The translations under genes and the position numbers were made by a program. A stretch of 64,000 nt of DNA from Pseudomonas aeruginosa PAO1 (GTDB lineage: Bacteria > Pseudomonadota > Gammaproteobacteria > Pseudomonadales > Pseudomonadaceae). Of the stretch, positions 37,083 through 46,401 are shown in pieces. Numbering within the stretch: position 1 is the first letter of the stretch; every line of letters starts with the position of its first letter. The notes beneath the pieces were generated by a model, which saw only the letters and a program-made list of their open reading frames with translations, did not search any database and was not told where the DNA came from. The stretch lies in assembly GCF_000006765.1 (NCBI RefSeq), contig NC_002516.2, one strand, 5' to 3'.

Positions 37083-38527
37083 TGTCCGTTTTCCTGATGG
37101 GAGGGGCTGGAAGCGGCTTGCCAGCCGCCGCCGAGAGCCCGGAACAGTTCGACCTGGCGCTCGGCGACGCGCATCTCGGCGTCGACCAGGCGCGCCCGGT
37201 CGGCGACCAGACTGCGTTGGCTGTCGAGCAGCTCGAGGGCATCGAGGGCGCCGGCGCGATAGTTGCTGCGCGCCAACCGGTAGGCGTGGCGCTGCTCGTC
37301 GAGGGCACGCTGGAGGTCGGCACGCCGCTGGCGCTCGCCGGCATACAGCGCCAGGGCACGCTCGACCTCGCGCAGGGCGCCGAGCACCGCTCCGTCGAAG
37401 CGCGCCAGGGCGGCGTCGCGCTCTGCCGCTGCGCTGTCCAGGCGGCCTCGCGCGCTTTCCCGGTTGGGGAAGCGCCAGCTCAGCAGCGGGCCGGCCGCGT
37501 AGGCCAGCGCGCCGCTGCCGCCGAGGCCGGCGAGGGTCGCTGCGGAGGTTTCGGCGCCGACGGCGAAGCTGATGCGCGGGTACAGCTCGGCTTCGGCCAG
37601 CGCGCGCCGGGCGTCGGCGGCGGCGAGCCGGCGCTCGGCCGCGCGGACGTCCGGGCGGCGCGCCAGCAGGCTCCAGCCGTCGCCGGTGGGCAGGGCACGG
37701 CGCAGTTGCGGTATGCCGGCGCAGGTCGCGGCAGGAGCGTCCAACTGGCGCGGCGAGCGCCCGCTGAGCAGCGCCAGTTCGTAGAGTGCCGCGCGCCGCC
37801 GCGCCTCGAGCATCGGCAGCGCGGCGCGGGTCCGCTCGCGCAAGGCCAGCAGCCGGCGTCGCTGCAGCTCGCTGGAAAGGCCGGCGGCGAGCTGGCGTTC
37901 GCTCAGCGCCAGGCTCGCGTCGAGCAGACCGACCGATCGGCGTTGTACCTCTGCCCGTCGCGCCAGGGCGCAGGCGCGGACGTAGGCGAGGGTGGTCTGG
38001 CTGGCCACGCTGACCCTGAGCAGGTCGCGTGCCGCTTGCGCCGCTTCGGCATCCGCCTTCGCCGCGGCGATGCGGGCGCGGACTTCGCCCCACAGGTCCA
38101 ACTGGTAGGACAGGTCGAGGCGGACGGTGTGTTTCCACTGGCTGTGCAGGTCCTCGTCGGTGGCTTCGGCGAGGGTCTGGTCGTCGCCGTCGCGCCCATA
38201 CTGGTAGCCATAGCCGACCTCGGTCCGTGGCCAGCGTTCGCCCTGTGCGCCGCGCAGATGGCCGAGGAGCGCGCGGGCATGGGCATCGGCTGCGGCCAGG
38301 TCGCGGTTGTGGCGCAGCGCGGCGGCCACCAGGTGGTTCAGCCCAGGGTCCTGGTAGAGCGTCCACCACTGGGCGGGCAGCGCGTCGCCGCGGGTTCCCG
38401 CCACCCTCGACAGGCCAGGGTCGAGGCTTTCCGCGCGTGGCGCGGGTTGGTTGCGGTTCGCGCAGCCCAGCGCGGTGGAGATCCCCAGCGCCAGCGCCAC
38501 GCAACGCAGATGACTGGCAAGCGGCAT
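37079..38527 (-). CDS. Outer-membrane efflux lipoprotein (OprM/NodT family), 482 aa
   Basis: Lipobox TALGC, WWTLYQDPGL, SYQLDLWG, LLARRPDVRAAE, LFRALGGGW. Confidence 0.92.
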   Translation of the reverse strand: MPLASHLRCVALALGISTALGCANRNQPAPRAESLDPGLSRVAGTRGDALPAQWWTLYQDPGLNHLVAAALRHNRDLAAADAHARALLGHLRGAQGERWPRTEVGYGYQYGRDGDDQTLAEATDEDLHSQWKHTVRLDLSYQLDLWGEVRARIAAAKADAEAAQAARDLLRVSVASQTTLAYVRACALARRAEVQRRSVGLLDASLALSERQLAAGLSSELQRRRLLALRERTRAALPMLEARRRAALYELALLSGRSPRQLDAPAATCAGIPQLRRALPTGDGWSLLARRPDVRAAERRLAAADARRALAEAELYPRISFAVGAETSAATLAGLGGSGALAYAAGPLLSWRFPNRESARGRLDSAAAERDAALARFDGAVLGALREVERALALYAGERQRRADLQRALDEQRHAYRLARSNYRAGALDALELLDSQRSLVADRARLVDAEMRVAERQVELFRALGGGWQAASSPSHQENGQ

Positions 38528-38635
38528 TGCCCTGCTCCCGTGTCTGAAAGAGCGGGGAACGGTAAGGCAGGCGCGGGCGGCCTGCGCCGGCAAAAGCGCC
38601 AGTCATCGTCGCAAAATGGACAGTCGGCGGATTTT

Positions 38636-38889
38636 TCAGCGTTGTCGCATCAGGTACGGGCCGCAGCCCAGGGCCAGCAGCCCGGCCGGGATGGCCAGCA
38701 GGGAGATGCGGGCGATCTGCCGGGAGTAGCGGTTCACCCCGGCAAAGCTGTCGGCCTTGGTGGCGGTCTCCCGGCGAAACCCCGGTCGCGGCTTTCGGCG
38801 CGGCTGCGTTCGAGAAGGAACTCCACGGCGACCACGCCCAGCCAGAATGCGACGGCGAACAGGCGAAGGGACAACGGCAACGGGTGCAT
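38636..38889 (-). pseudogene. Frameshifted, probably internally deleted small membrane-protein gene
   Basis: ATG 38889 gives MHPLPLSLRLFAVAFWLGVVAVEFLLERSRAESRDRGFA and stops at 38734. A different frame continues ...NRYSRQIARISLLAIPAGLLALGCGPYLMRQR* to 38636. Confidence 0.55.
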
Positions 38890-38909
38890 GGCGCGCTCTC
38901 GCTGGTCTT

Positions 38910-39794
38910 TCAGGCGTTCTCCGGATGCCGTCTCAGCCAGCGCAGGGCGTCGTCCCACAGCGCCTCTGCACCGGCGCGGAAGTAGCCCATGTGTCCGAGC
39001 GGTCCACCGTCGGGTCGCAGGTCGAGGGTTTCCAGCGGTGCGTTGCGGTAGGCCTCGACGAAGGCGTCCCGCGAGCGCGGCGGTGCCCAGGGATCGTCCA
39101 GGGCGGTGGCGAACAGACAGGGCGTGCGCACTGCGGCGTAGCGCTGGTGGAGGTGGCGCATCGCCGGGTCGTCGAAATAGTAGCGGGGATGGCGGCACCA
39201 GCGCTTCCAGTCGCGGTAGACCCCCAGCGGCAGGTCGTCGCCCATGCCCAGCAGGCTCCAGGCCATGTAGCCTTTCCAGGCCACCAGCGGCGGCAGCACC
39301 AGGGTCCACAGCAGGCGCACCTTGAGCGCTTCGCGGCGCGACATCCAGCCGCTCCAGCCGGCGCCGCTGCCGAAGCTGTAGCAGGCGGCGAGCCGCCCAT
39401 GGTCGGGCAGCAGGCCGATGGCGTGGCCGCCGAAGGAGTGGCCGATCCAGTACAGCGGCCGCTCCTCCCGGCCGAGCAGCTCGACGGCGGCGGCGAGGTC
39501 CCGGTAGGCCCAGTCCAGGTAGGACATGGCGAAGCCCTTCAGGCTTGCCGGCGCGGATTCGCCGATGCCGCGATAGTCCAGGGTGAGTACGTCGAAGCCC
39601 TGGCGCGCGGCGTGTTCGGCGAAACGCCGGTAGAAGCGCTGGGCGACGCCCGTCGCGCCGGCCACCAGCAGGTTGCCATGGGCGTGGCCCGGCGCGTGGT
39701 AGCGGTAGGCGGACAGCGGATAGCCGTCGGTCGCGGGCAGGGCCAGGCGTTCCATCCGCACCGGCGCTGCGGAATGTTGAGTCAACGAAGTCAT
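38910..39794 (-). CDS. Alpha/beta-fold hydrolase, 294 aa
   Basis: AGATGV...Y.RFA, LDYRGIGES, WIGHSFGG, DDPWAP, LGHMGYF. Confidence 0.88.
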   Translation of the reverse strand: MTSLTQHSAAPVRMERLALPATDGYPLSAYRYHAPGHAHGNLLVAGATGVAQRFYRRFAEHAARQGFDVLTLDYRGIGESAPASLKGFAMSYLDWAYRDLAAAVELLGREERPLYWIGHSFGGHAIGLLPDHGRLAACYSFGSGAGWSGWMSRREALKVRLLWTLVLPPLVAWKGYMAWSLLGMGDDLPLGVYRDWKRWCRHPRYYFDDPAMRHLHQRYAAVRTPCLFATALDDPWAPPRSRDAFVEAYRNAPLETLDLRPDGGPLGHMGYFRAGAEALWDDALRWLRRHPENA

Positions 39795-39850
39795 GTCGGT
39801 TTCCGCAGGAGAGATGGAGCGGAGCGACCGGGGGTCGACCCGCAGGGGAG

Positions 39851-40648
39851 CTAGCGGCCTTTGAACGCCGGCGCGCGCTTTTGCACCATCGCCAGCACGC
39901 CCTCGCGGACGTCCTCGCTGCCGATCAACGCGGCCAGCGACTCGTTGACCCGCGACAGCGCCGCATCGTCCCCCTCGTCGCGCCCCTGGAACGCCGATTG
40001 CAGCGCGGCGCGCACCGCCAGCGGCGCGGCCCGGGCGATCCGCTCGGCGTATTCGAGGGCCCGTGCCAGTTCCTCGCCGGGTTCCACCACCTCGGTGAGC
40101 AGGCGCATGCGCAGGGCTTCGTCGGCATCGAACTCATCGCCGGTGAGGATGTAGCGCATGGCGTCGGTCCAGCCCGCCGCGCGCGGGAAGCGCACGGTGG
40201 ATCCGCCCAGCGGCGGGATGCCGCGTAGCACCTCCAGATGGGCGAAGCGCGTGCCGCGCGCGGCCACCGCGATGTCGGCATTGAGCATTAGCTCTATCCC
40301 GGCGGTCCAGCAGGTGCCTTGCACCGCGACCACCAGCGGCTTGCTCCGACGCGGCTGGACCACGCCCCAGGGATCGACGCCGCCGTCCGGATAGCGGAAA
40401 CCGCTGGCGGCGAGCTTCGGTGCCAGTTCCATCAGGTCGAGCCCGGCGGTGAAGTGCTCGCCATGGGCGAAGAGCACGGCACAGCGGGATTCCTCGCTGC
40501 GCTCGTATTCACCCATGGCCAGCGCCAGGTCCGCCAGCATTGCGCTGTCGAAGGCGTTGCGCTTGCCCGCGCGGTCCAGGCCGATGAGAAACAGATGACC
40601 GCGCTGCTCTCGGGTGACGCGGCCCGGGCCGCTGTTGGCTTCGCTCAT
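39851..40648 (-). CDS. Crotonase/enoyl-CoA hydratase family protein, 265 aa
   Basis: KRNAFD, FTAGLDL, VAVQG.CWTAGIEL, LEVLRGIPPLGG. Confidence 0.92.
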   Translation of the reverse strand: MSEANSGPGRVTREQRGHLFLIGLDRAGKRNAFDSAMLADLALAMGEYERSEESRCAVLFAHGEHFTAGLDLMELAPKLAASGFRYPDGGVDPWGVVQPRRSKPLVVAVQGTCWTAGIELMLNADIAVAARGTRFAHLEVLRGIPPLGGSTVRFPRAAGWTDAMRYILTGDEFDADEALRMRLLTEVVEPGEELARALEYAERIARAAPLAVRAALQSAFQGRDEGDDAALSRVNESLAALIGSEDVREGVLAMVQKRAPAFKGR

Positions 40649-40702
40649 GATGCCTCTCTCCTGTGCTTGGGTTGGTGGAGCGGAAACTTCTTCTAGTTAC
40701 CT

Positions 40703-40742
40703 ACCGAACATTCGGTTTGTAAAAACTAAACAAACATTCGGT
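40703..40742. promoter_or_regulatory. Probable TetR operator pair
   Basis: Palindrome ACCGAA-CA-TTCGGT (40703-40716), with AACATTCGGT repeated 26 bp later, between the divergent crotonase and TetR genes. Confidence 0.55.
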
Positions 40743-40812
40743 AACCGTCAAATTGAGGCGCCAAGGCTTATGGCATAGAATCAACGCCTTTGATCGAGAG
40801 CAGGAACCTTCC

Positions 40813-41373
40813 GTGCGTCCGTTGAAAATCTCCCGCGACGAGCTTCTCCAGCGCTGCGCCGGCACCTTCCGTCGCTACGGCTACCACGGCACCACCATGG
40901 AAATGCTGTCCAGCGCCTGCGGCTTGACCAAGGCCTCGTTCTACCACCACTACCCGAACAAGGAAGCCTTGCTCCGCGACGTTCTCGAATGGACCCACCA
41001 GCGGCTCGCCGAGACGCTCTTCAGCATCGCCTACGACCCGCTGCTGACGCCCCGCGAGCGCCTGGAAAAACTCGGCCGCAAGGCCGCCCGGTTGTTCCAG
41101 GACGACAGCATCGGCTGCCTGATGGGCGTGGTCGCGGTCGACGCCAGCTATGGTCGCAGCGAGCTGATGGCGCCGATCCGCAGTTTCCTCGACGACTGGG
41201 CGCAAGCCTTCGCCCAGCTCTACCGCCCGGCCTTCGACGAGGCGCAGGCGCTGGAGCGCGGCCGGCAACTGGTGGCCGATTTCGAAGGCGCCATCCTGCT
41301 GGCGCGCATCTATGGCGAGCCGGGCTATATCGATGGCGTCACCCGGCGAGCGCTGGAGCAACTGGCGGGCTAG
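40813..41373 (+). CDS. TetR-family regulator, 186 aa
   Basis: GYHGTTMEMLSSACGLTKASFYHHYPNKEAL; GTG start after AGGAA. Confidence 0.9.
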   Translation: MRPLKISRDELLQRCAGTFRRYGYHGTTMEMLSSACGLTKASFYHHYPNKEALLRDVLEWTHQRLAETLFSIAYDPLLTPRERLEKLGRKAARLFQDDSIGCLMGVVAVDASYGRSELMAPIRSFLDDWAQAFAQLYRPAFDEAQALERGRQLVADFEGAILLARIYGEPGYIDGVTRRALEQLAG

Positions 41374-41452
41374 CCTGCGCCCGCCTTCAACCTGAACGAA
41401 GCGTTTCGCCAGGCGGTCGGAACAACAGGTCCCCGTTCCGGAAGCCGAGTCC

Positions 41453-43225
41453 ATGCCGCTGCGCCGTGCCGTTTTCGCCATCCTTTTCGCGTCCCTGGGC
41501 AGTCCTTTGGTCGCCGCCGAAACACCCCTGCGCCTGGAGCGCCTGGAGCGCTGCGGCGATCTCCTGGCCAGCGAGCGGCAGGAGTGGTGCCTGCGCGTGC
41601 GCGGCCTGGGCGCCGGCCTGCCGCGCCTGTTGCTGGACGGCCGCGAACTGCCGGCCACCGCCCTGCGGCGCGAGGGCGACGGCCTGCGGCTCCGCCTGGA
41701 CCGCCGTGGCCACGCCAGCGGTCCGCTTTGGCTGGAGCAGGGCGGGCGCAGCAGCAATCCGGTATGGCTGACCCTGAACGGCAGTCATGTGCTCGCCGCC
41801 GGTCCCGACGAGGTGGCGAAGAACATGGATGGCCTGACCACCTACGTCGACCTGGTCAGCCTGTTGATCGAGGAGAACCACGACGGTCGCCGGGAGGCCG
41901 AACGCCTGGCCGATAAATATGGCGCGCGGGTGGTCGGCGCGATCCCGCCGTTGAACCTCTACCAGTTGCGCCTGCCGGCGCGCGACCTCGTCCAGCGCGA
42001 CGCGCTGGTCCTCCGCATCGGCAGCGAGACCAGCGTGGACGCCGTGGTGGTGGAGGAGTCCGCGCCGGAGAAGGGCGAGGAAACCGAGGCGGCGCGCCGG
42101 CCCGTGGACAAGCCGGACAGCGACTCCGACGAGTGGGCGGCCAATCGTTTCATGGACGCGGTGAACTATTACCAGCGTCGGGTCCGCGCCCGCCAGGCGC
42201 CGCTGGAGACCCGCCCGGTGCGCATCGGGGTGATCGAGCGCGACGTCGACTTCGACGCTCCCGACTTCGCCGACTACCTCGGCCCCTGCAAGGCGCCCGC
42301 ACCGCGTACCTGCCTCTACGCGCGCGATGCCGAACGTCCCGACAACCACGGTTCGACGGTCGCCGGCATCCTCGCCGCGCGCTGGGACCAGGGCGGCAAC
42401 AGTGGCTTCCTGCGTGGGCTGGACCGCGCCAGCCAGGGTTTCGAAGTGATCGTCGAGCGCAATTCGGATGCTGGCATCACGGCCAACGTCGCCGCCTCGG
42501 TGAACCTGGTGGAGGATGGCGTGCGGGTGCTCAACTGGAGCTGGGGCATCCACCGCGTCGGCGCTCGCGACGTCGATGGCGACGAGGTGGATTCGCTGGT
42601 GCGCTCGGGGATTGCCATGAGCGGCTACGAGGAGTTGCTCGAGGAGTTCTTCCTCTGGCTGCGCAAGGAGCATCCGGACGTGCTGGTGGTCAACTCCGCC
42701 GGCAACGGCTCGTCCTACTCCGGTACCGACGAATACCGCCTGCCGTCCTCCTTCGTCACCGAGCAGTTGCTGGTGGTGGGCGGCCACCAGCGCAGCGAGC
42801 GCCAAGGCCTGGCGGTGGACGACCCGGCCTACGCGGTCAAGCGCAGCACCTCGAACGTCGACATGCGGGTGGATGTCACCGCCGCCGCCTGTACCCATGC
42901 CTCGACCCTGGAGCGGGACGCGCGGGGCGAGGTGCACTGCGGCACCTCCTATGCCACGCCGATGGTCGCCGGCACGGTCGCCGCCATGCTTTCCCTCAAC
43001 CCGCGGCTGCGACCCGAGGAGATCCGCATGCTGCTCCGGCGCAGCGCCATGACCATCGGCGGCGACTACGATTTCGAGCCGGCCGATGCCGAGGACCTCA
43101 CCGCACCGATCCTGCCCTCGGAGCGCGGCTACCGCCTGGACCACCGCGACGTCGGCCGCTCGGCGCGGCTGGACATGCAGAAAGCCCTGGACCTGGCGGT
43201 GAAGAGCCGCGAGCGCGTGCGCTGA
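41453..43225 (+). CDS. sprP: Secreted subtilisin-like (S8) protease SprP, 590 aa
   Basis: Signal peptide; NHGSTVAGIL, NSAGN, CGTSYATPMVAG. Name recalled from synteny with PA1242. Confidence 0.85.
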   Translation: MPLRRAVFAILFASLGSPLVAAETPLRLERLERCGDLLASERQEWCLRVRGLGAGLPRLLLDGRELPATALRREGDGLRLRLDRRGHASGPLWLEQGGRSSNPVWLTLNGSHVLAAGPDEVAKNMDGLTTYVDLVSLLIEENHDGRREAERLADKYGARVVGAIPPLNLYQLRLPARDLVQRDALVLRIGSETSVDAVVVEESAPEKGEETEAARRPVDKPDSDSDEWAANRFMDAVNYYQRRVRARQAPLETRPVRIGVIERDVDFDAPDFADYLGPCKAPAPRTCLYARDAERPDNHGSTVAGILAARWDQGGNSGFLRGLDRASQGFEVIVERNSDAGITANVAASVNLVEDGVRVLNWSWGIHRVGARDVDGDEVDSLVRSGIAMSGYEELLEEFFLWLRKEHPDVLVVNSAGNGSSYSGTDEYRLPSSFVTEQLLVVGGHQRSERQGLAVDDPAYAVKRSTSNVDMRVDVTAAACTHASTLERDARGEVHCGTSYATPMVAGTVAAMLSLNPRLRPEEIRMLLRRSAMTIGGDYDFEPADAEDLTAPILPSERGYRLDHRDVGRSARLDMQKALDLAVKSRERVR

Positions 43226-43247
43226 GGCGTTCCGCCGGCCCGGGGCC

Positions 43248-45824
43248 TCACGGCGAGGCTTCCAGCAGCCGGGCGAGGCGTTCGGCGAGTTCGTTGTGGC
43301 GGAACGGCTTGGTCAATACCTCGAAGCCGTTGAGTTGCTCGGGCCTGAGGTTGGCGTAGCCGGTGATGACCAGCACCGGCAATTGCGGGAAGCGCTGGCG
43401 CAGTTCCTCGGCAAGCTGCACGCCGGTCTTGTCGGCCATGAGATGGTCGGTGACCAGCAGGTCGGGCGCCAGGCCGCGCTCGACCTCGCCCAGGGCTTCC
43501 TCCGCCGACGCCGCCTCGCTGACCTGGTAGCCGAGATCGCCGAGCAGCAGCGCGGTGGTGTAGCGCACCATCCTGTCGTCGTCGACCAGCAGCACGTGGG
43601 TCGGCCGCGACGCCTCCGGTGCGTCCGGGCAGCTTTCTGCGGTGGATTGCGTCTGCTCCGCGGTGATCGGCAGCCAGATGCTCACCCGGGTCCCCTTGCC
43701 GATCTCCGAGTGGATGCCCAGGCCGCCGCCGGACTGGGCGACCAGGCCCTGGACCATCGACAGGCCGAGGCCGGTGCCCTTGCCCACGCCCTTGGTGGAA
43801 AAGAACGGCTCCATGCAGCGGGCCAGCACCTCGGCGGGCATGCCTCCGCCGTTGTCGGCGACTTCCAGGCACACGTAGCGGCCGGCGCCGAGACCGTCCA
43901 CCGCGCCGTCGATCACCAGGTCGGTCCGCGCGCCTATTTCCAGGCGGCCGCCTTCGCCCATGGCGTCGCGGGCGTTCACCGCGAGGTTGAGGATGGCCAG
44001 TTCGAACTGGTGCGGATCCACCACCACCGCAGGCAGGCGTTCCGGGATCTCGATGCGGACCTCGATGGTCGGGTCGAGCGAGCGCTCGATCAGGTCGTGC
44101 ATGCCTTCGACCAGCTCGCGCAGGGCCACCGCCTGCGGCTTGAGGGTTTGCCGGCGGGCGAAGGTGAGCAGGCGACCGACGAGGTTCCGCGCCCGTTCGG
44201 CGGACTGTAGCGCGCCGTCGATGAGGTCGGTGGAGCGGGCGTCGTCGAGCCGCCGGCGGATCAGTTCCAGCGAGGCCATGATCGGCGTCAGCAGGTTGTT
44301 GAAGTCATGGGCGATGCCGCCGGTCAACTGGCCGACCATCTCCATCTTGCGTGCCTCGTGAAGCTGCGCCAGGGCGCTTTCGCGCTGGGCGAGCATGGTC
44401 GCGACACGTTCTTCCAGGCTTTCGTTGAGTTCGCGCAGCTCGTTCTCGGCGCGTACCCGCGCGCTGATGTCCATGCACACGCAGAGCAGGCCGCTGGCGG
44501 CATGCTGCTCGTCCACCAGCGGCGTGACCTGGTTCTGCACCCACACCGTATCGCCGTCGGGGCGAACGTAGCGGCCGCTCATCTCGAACGCCGCGCCGGT
44601 CGCTCCGCCTGGCGCCGCGGGGAGGGCGAAGTCGGCGGGGGCGAGGATGTCCTGCATGCGCAGGCCGAGCAGGGTCTCGCGCGAACGGCCGGCGATCTCG
44701 CAGTAGCGATCGTTGACCCGGGTGAAGCGCCAGTTCCGGTCGCATACCGCGATGCCCGCGCTGGCCTGGTCGAACATCGCCGCCAGTTGCGCGGAACTGG
44801 TGCGCAGCGCCAGCTCCGCGCGGGCATGGGTGAGCGAGGTCCAGGCCAGCTTGGCGGCTTCCTCCGCCAGGCGGCGCGGATCTTCGCCGAGCGCCTGCGG
44901 ATGGGCGAAGTGGATCGCCAGCAGCGCCTCCAGCCGGCCGTGGCGCAGCACCGGGACATGCAGCGTGGCGCCCAGCCCCAGGCGCGCGCGGCTCGCCGCC
45001 TCGTCGAGACTCATGCCGCGTTCCCCGGCAAGGTCTTCCCGCGCCACGCTGCGTCCGGCATGCAGTTCGCCGGACAGGGTGGCGCCGAACGACAGGTAGC
45101 GATGCCGACCGACCGCCGAGCGGCCGTCGTGGAGATAGTCGCGATGAACCTGGAAGGTCATGCCGTCGCCGTTGTCCTCGCCGAAGAATATCCGCGACGC
45201 GCCCAGCTCCTCGCCGAGCCGGCGCAGGGCGGTGGCTTCGATCTCCAGGGGATCGGCCAGGGACGGCAGGGTCTGGCCCAGTTCCAGGAGGAACGCCTGG
45301 CGGCGTTCGAAACGCACCCGCTCGGTGGTCTCGGTGACGATGCACAGCACGCCGCCGACGGAACCGTCGGTTTCCCGCACCGCCGAATAGGACACGTCGA
45401 AATAGACCGTCTCGCCGCGCCCGTGGCGTTCGATGTAGAAGGGCCGATCCTTTGCCGCGAAGGTCTCGCCGGTCTCGTACACCCCGCGCAGCAGCGGTTC
45501 GAGGTCATCCCACAGCTCCCGCCAGTTCTCTATCGCCGGCCGACCGAGGGCGCGCGGATGCTTGTCGCCGATGCTCGGCGCGTAGGCATCGTTGTACAGG
45601 GCGACGAATTCCGCGCCCCAGAACAGCACGATCTGCGCCTTGGCCGGCAGCAGCGTGGCCATCGTTGTCTTCAGGCTCGCCGACCAGGCGTCCGGCGGGC
45701 CGAGGGGCGAACTGGCCGCGTCGAGGCTGAGCAACAGTTTCCCGACCGCTCCTCCGTTGGCCAGGAAGGCCGGTGGATGGTCGAGGGGGTTCGGGTCCGG
45801 TTCGATGGTGAAAGGCTGTGCCAT
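43248..45824 (-). CDS. Cytoplasmic hybrid sensor kinase (PAS-GAF-PAS-HisKA-HATPase-REC), 858 aa
   Basis: H-box GGIAHDFNNLL, NLAVNARDAM, DNGGGM, FFSTKGVGKGTGLGLS, REC LLVDDD...TDHLM...KPF; no TM segment seen. Confidence 0.92.
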   Translation of the reverse strand: MAQPFTIEPDPNPLDHPPAFLANGGAVGKLLLSLDAASSPLGPPDAWSASLKTTMATLLPAKAQIVLFWGAEFVALYNDAYAPSIGDKHPRALGRPAIENWRELWDDLEPLLRGVYETGETFAAKDRPFYIERHGRGETVYFDVSYSAVRETDGSVGGVLCIVTETTERVRFERRQAFLLELGQTLPSLADPLEIEATALRRLGEELGASRIFFGEDNGDGMTFQVHRDYLHDGRSAVGRHRYLSFGATLSGELHAGRSVAREDLAGERGMSLDEAASRARLGLGATLHVPVLRHGRLEALLAIHFAHPQALGEDPRRLAEEAAKLAWTSLTHARAELALRTSSAQLAAMFDQASAGIAVCDRNWRFTRVNDRYCEIAGRSRETLLGLRMQDILAPADFALPAAPGGATGAAFEMSGRYVRPDGDTVWVQNQVTPLVDEQHAASGLLCVCMDISARVRAENELRELNESLEERVATMLAQRESALAQLHEARKMEMVGQLTGGIAHDFNNLLTPIMASLELIRRRLDDARSTDLIDGALQSAERARNLVGRLLTFARRQTLKPQAVALRELVEGMHDLIERSLDPTIEVRIEIPERLPAVVVDPHQFELAILNLAVNARDAMGEGGRLEIGARTDLVIDGAVDGLGAGRYVCLEVADNGGGMPAEVLARCMEPFFSTKGVGKGTGLGLSMVQGLVAQSGGGLGIHSEIGKGTRVSIWLPITAEQTQSTAESCPDAPEASRPTHVLLVDDDRMVRYTTALLLGDLGYQVSEAASAEEALGEVERGLAPDLLVTDHLMADKTGVQLAEELRQRFPQLPVLVITGYANLRPEQLNGFEVLTKPFRHNELAERLARLLEASP

Positions 45825-46059
45825 GTCTGCGGAGTCTTGCTCGGTTCCGGTTGAGGTGGTGGGTCGTATGGAATATAGGAGGGCGGTGGGTGCGCTTGCG
45901 TTCAATCCGGCTGGGCGGGATGGCGCACCGGGGCGCTCCAGACGCTCGGCGCGTTGCCAGGCGGAGTCTGGCGATGATTTCGTACGCGGTGCCCGAGACC
46001 GCGATGGAGACTTGGCGTAGGGGCGAACGACGCCACCGGCGTCATTCGCCATGGCCGGG

Positions 46060-46401
46060 TCAACCGGAACGTCGAGCGGCTACCAGGCGCTGCTGCAGGC
46101 GCGTCAGGAAGGCCACTTCGAAGGCGGTCTTCTGCATCGGTGTGGGCAGGCTGTCGCGGCCGAAGGCGAAGGCGGTCCAGAGCTGGCCTTCGATCTGGTC
46201 GGCAAGCCAGTTCTCGGCCTGGCGGACGCCCTTGTCGATGGCGGGCTGGGCGGGAACCGGCCAGAGCAGGGAGAGACCGGGTTGCCGGTCGGCGGGGGGA
46301 ATCTCGACCATCAGGTCCTTGTAGCGTTCGATGATTGCGTCGACGTGGGTCTTTTCCTTTTCATCCTTCGTCATGCTGGGTACTCCGTTTCTGAGAGTCA
46401 C
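46060..46401 (-). CDS. qslA: LasR-specific anti-activator QslA, 113 aa
   Basis: GTG start gives (M)TLRNGVPSMTKDEKEKTHVDAIIERYKD...AFEVAFLTRLQQRL, recognised sequence and position upstream of aprX. Confidence 0.85.
   Translation of the reverse strand: MTLRNGVPSMTKDEKEKTHVDAIIERYKDLMVEIPPADRQPGLSLLWPVPAQPAIDKGVRQAENWLADQIEGQLWTAFAFGRDSLPTPMQKTAFEVAFLTRLQQRLVAARRSG

Noticed and set aside
35931-38606. 891-aa ORF as an OMF-MFP fusion
   Set aside because: The OMF is in another frame (37079..38527); the MFP starts at 37082, overlapping the OMF stop.
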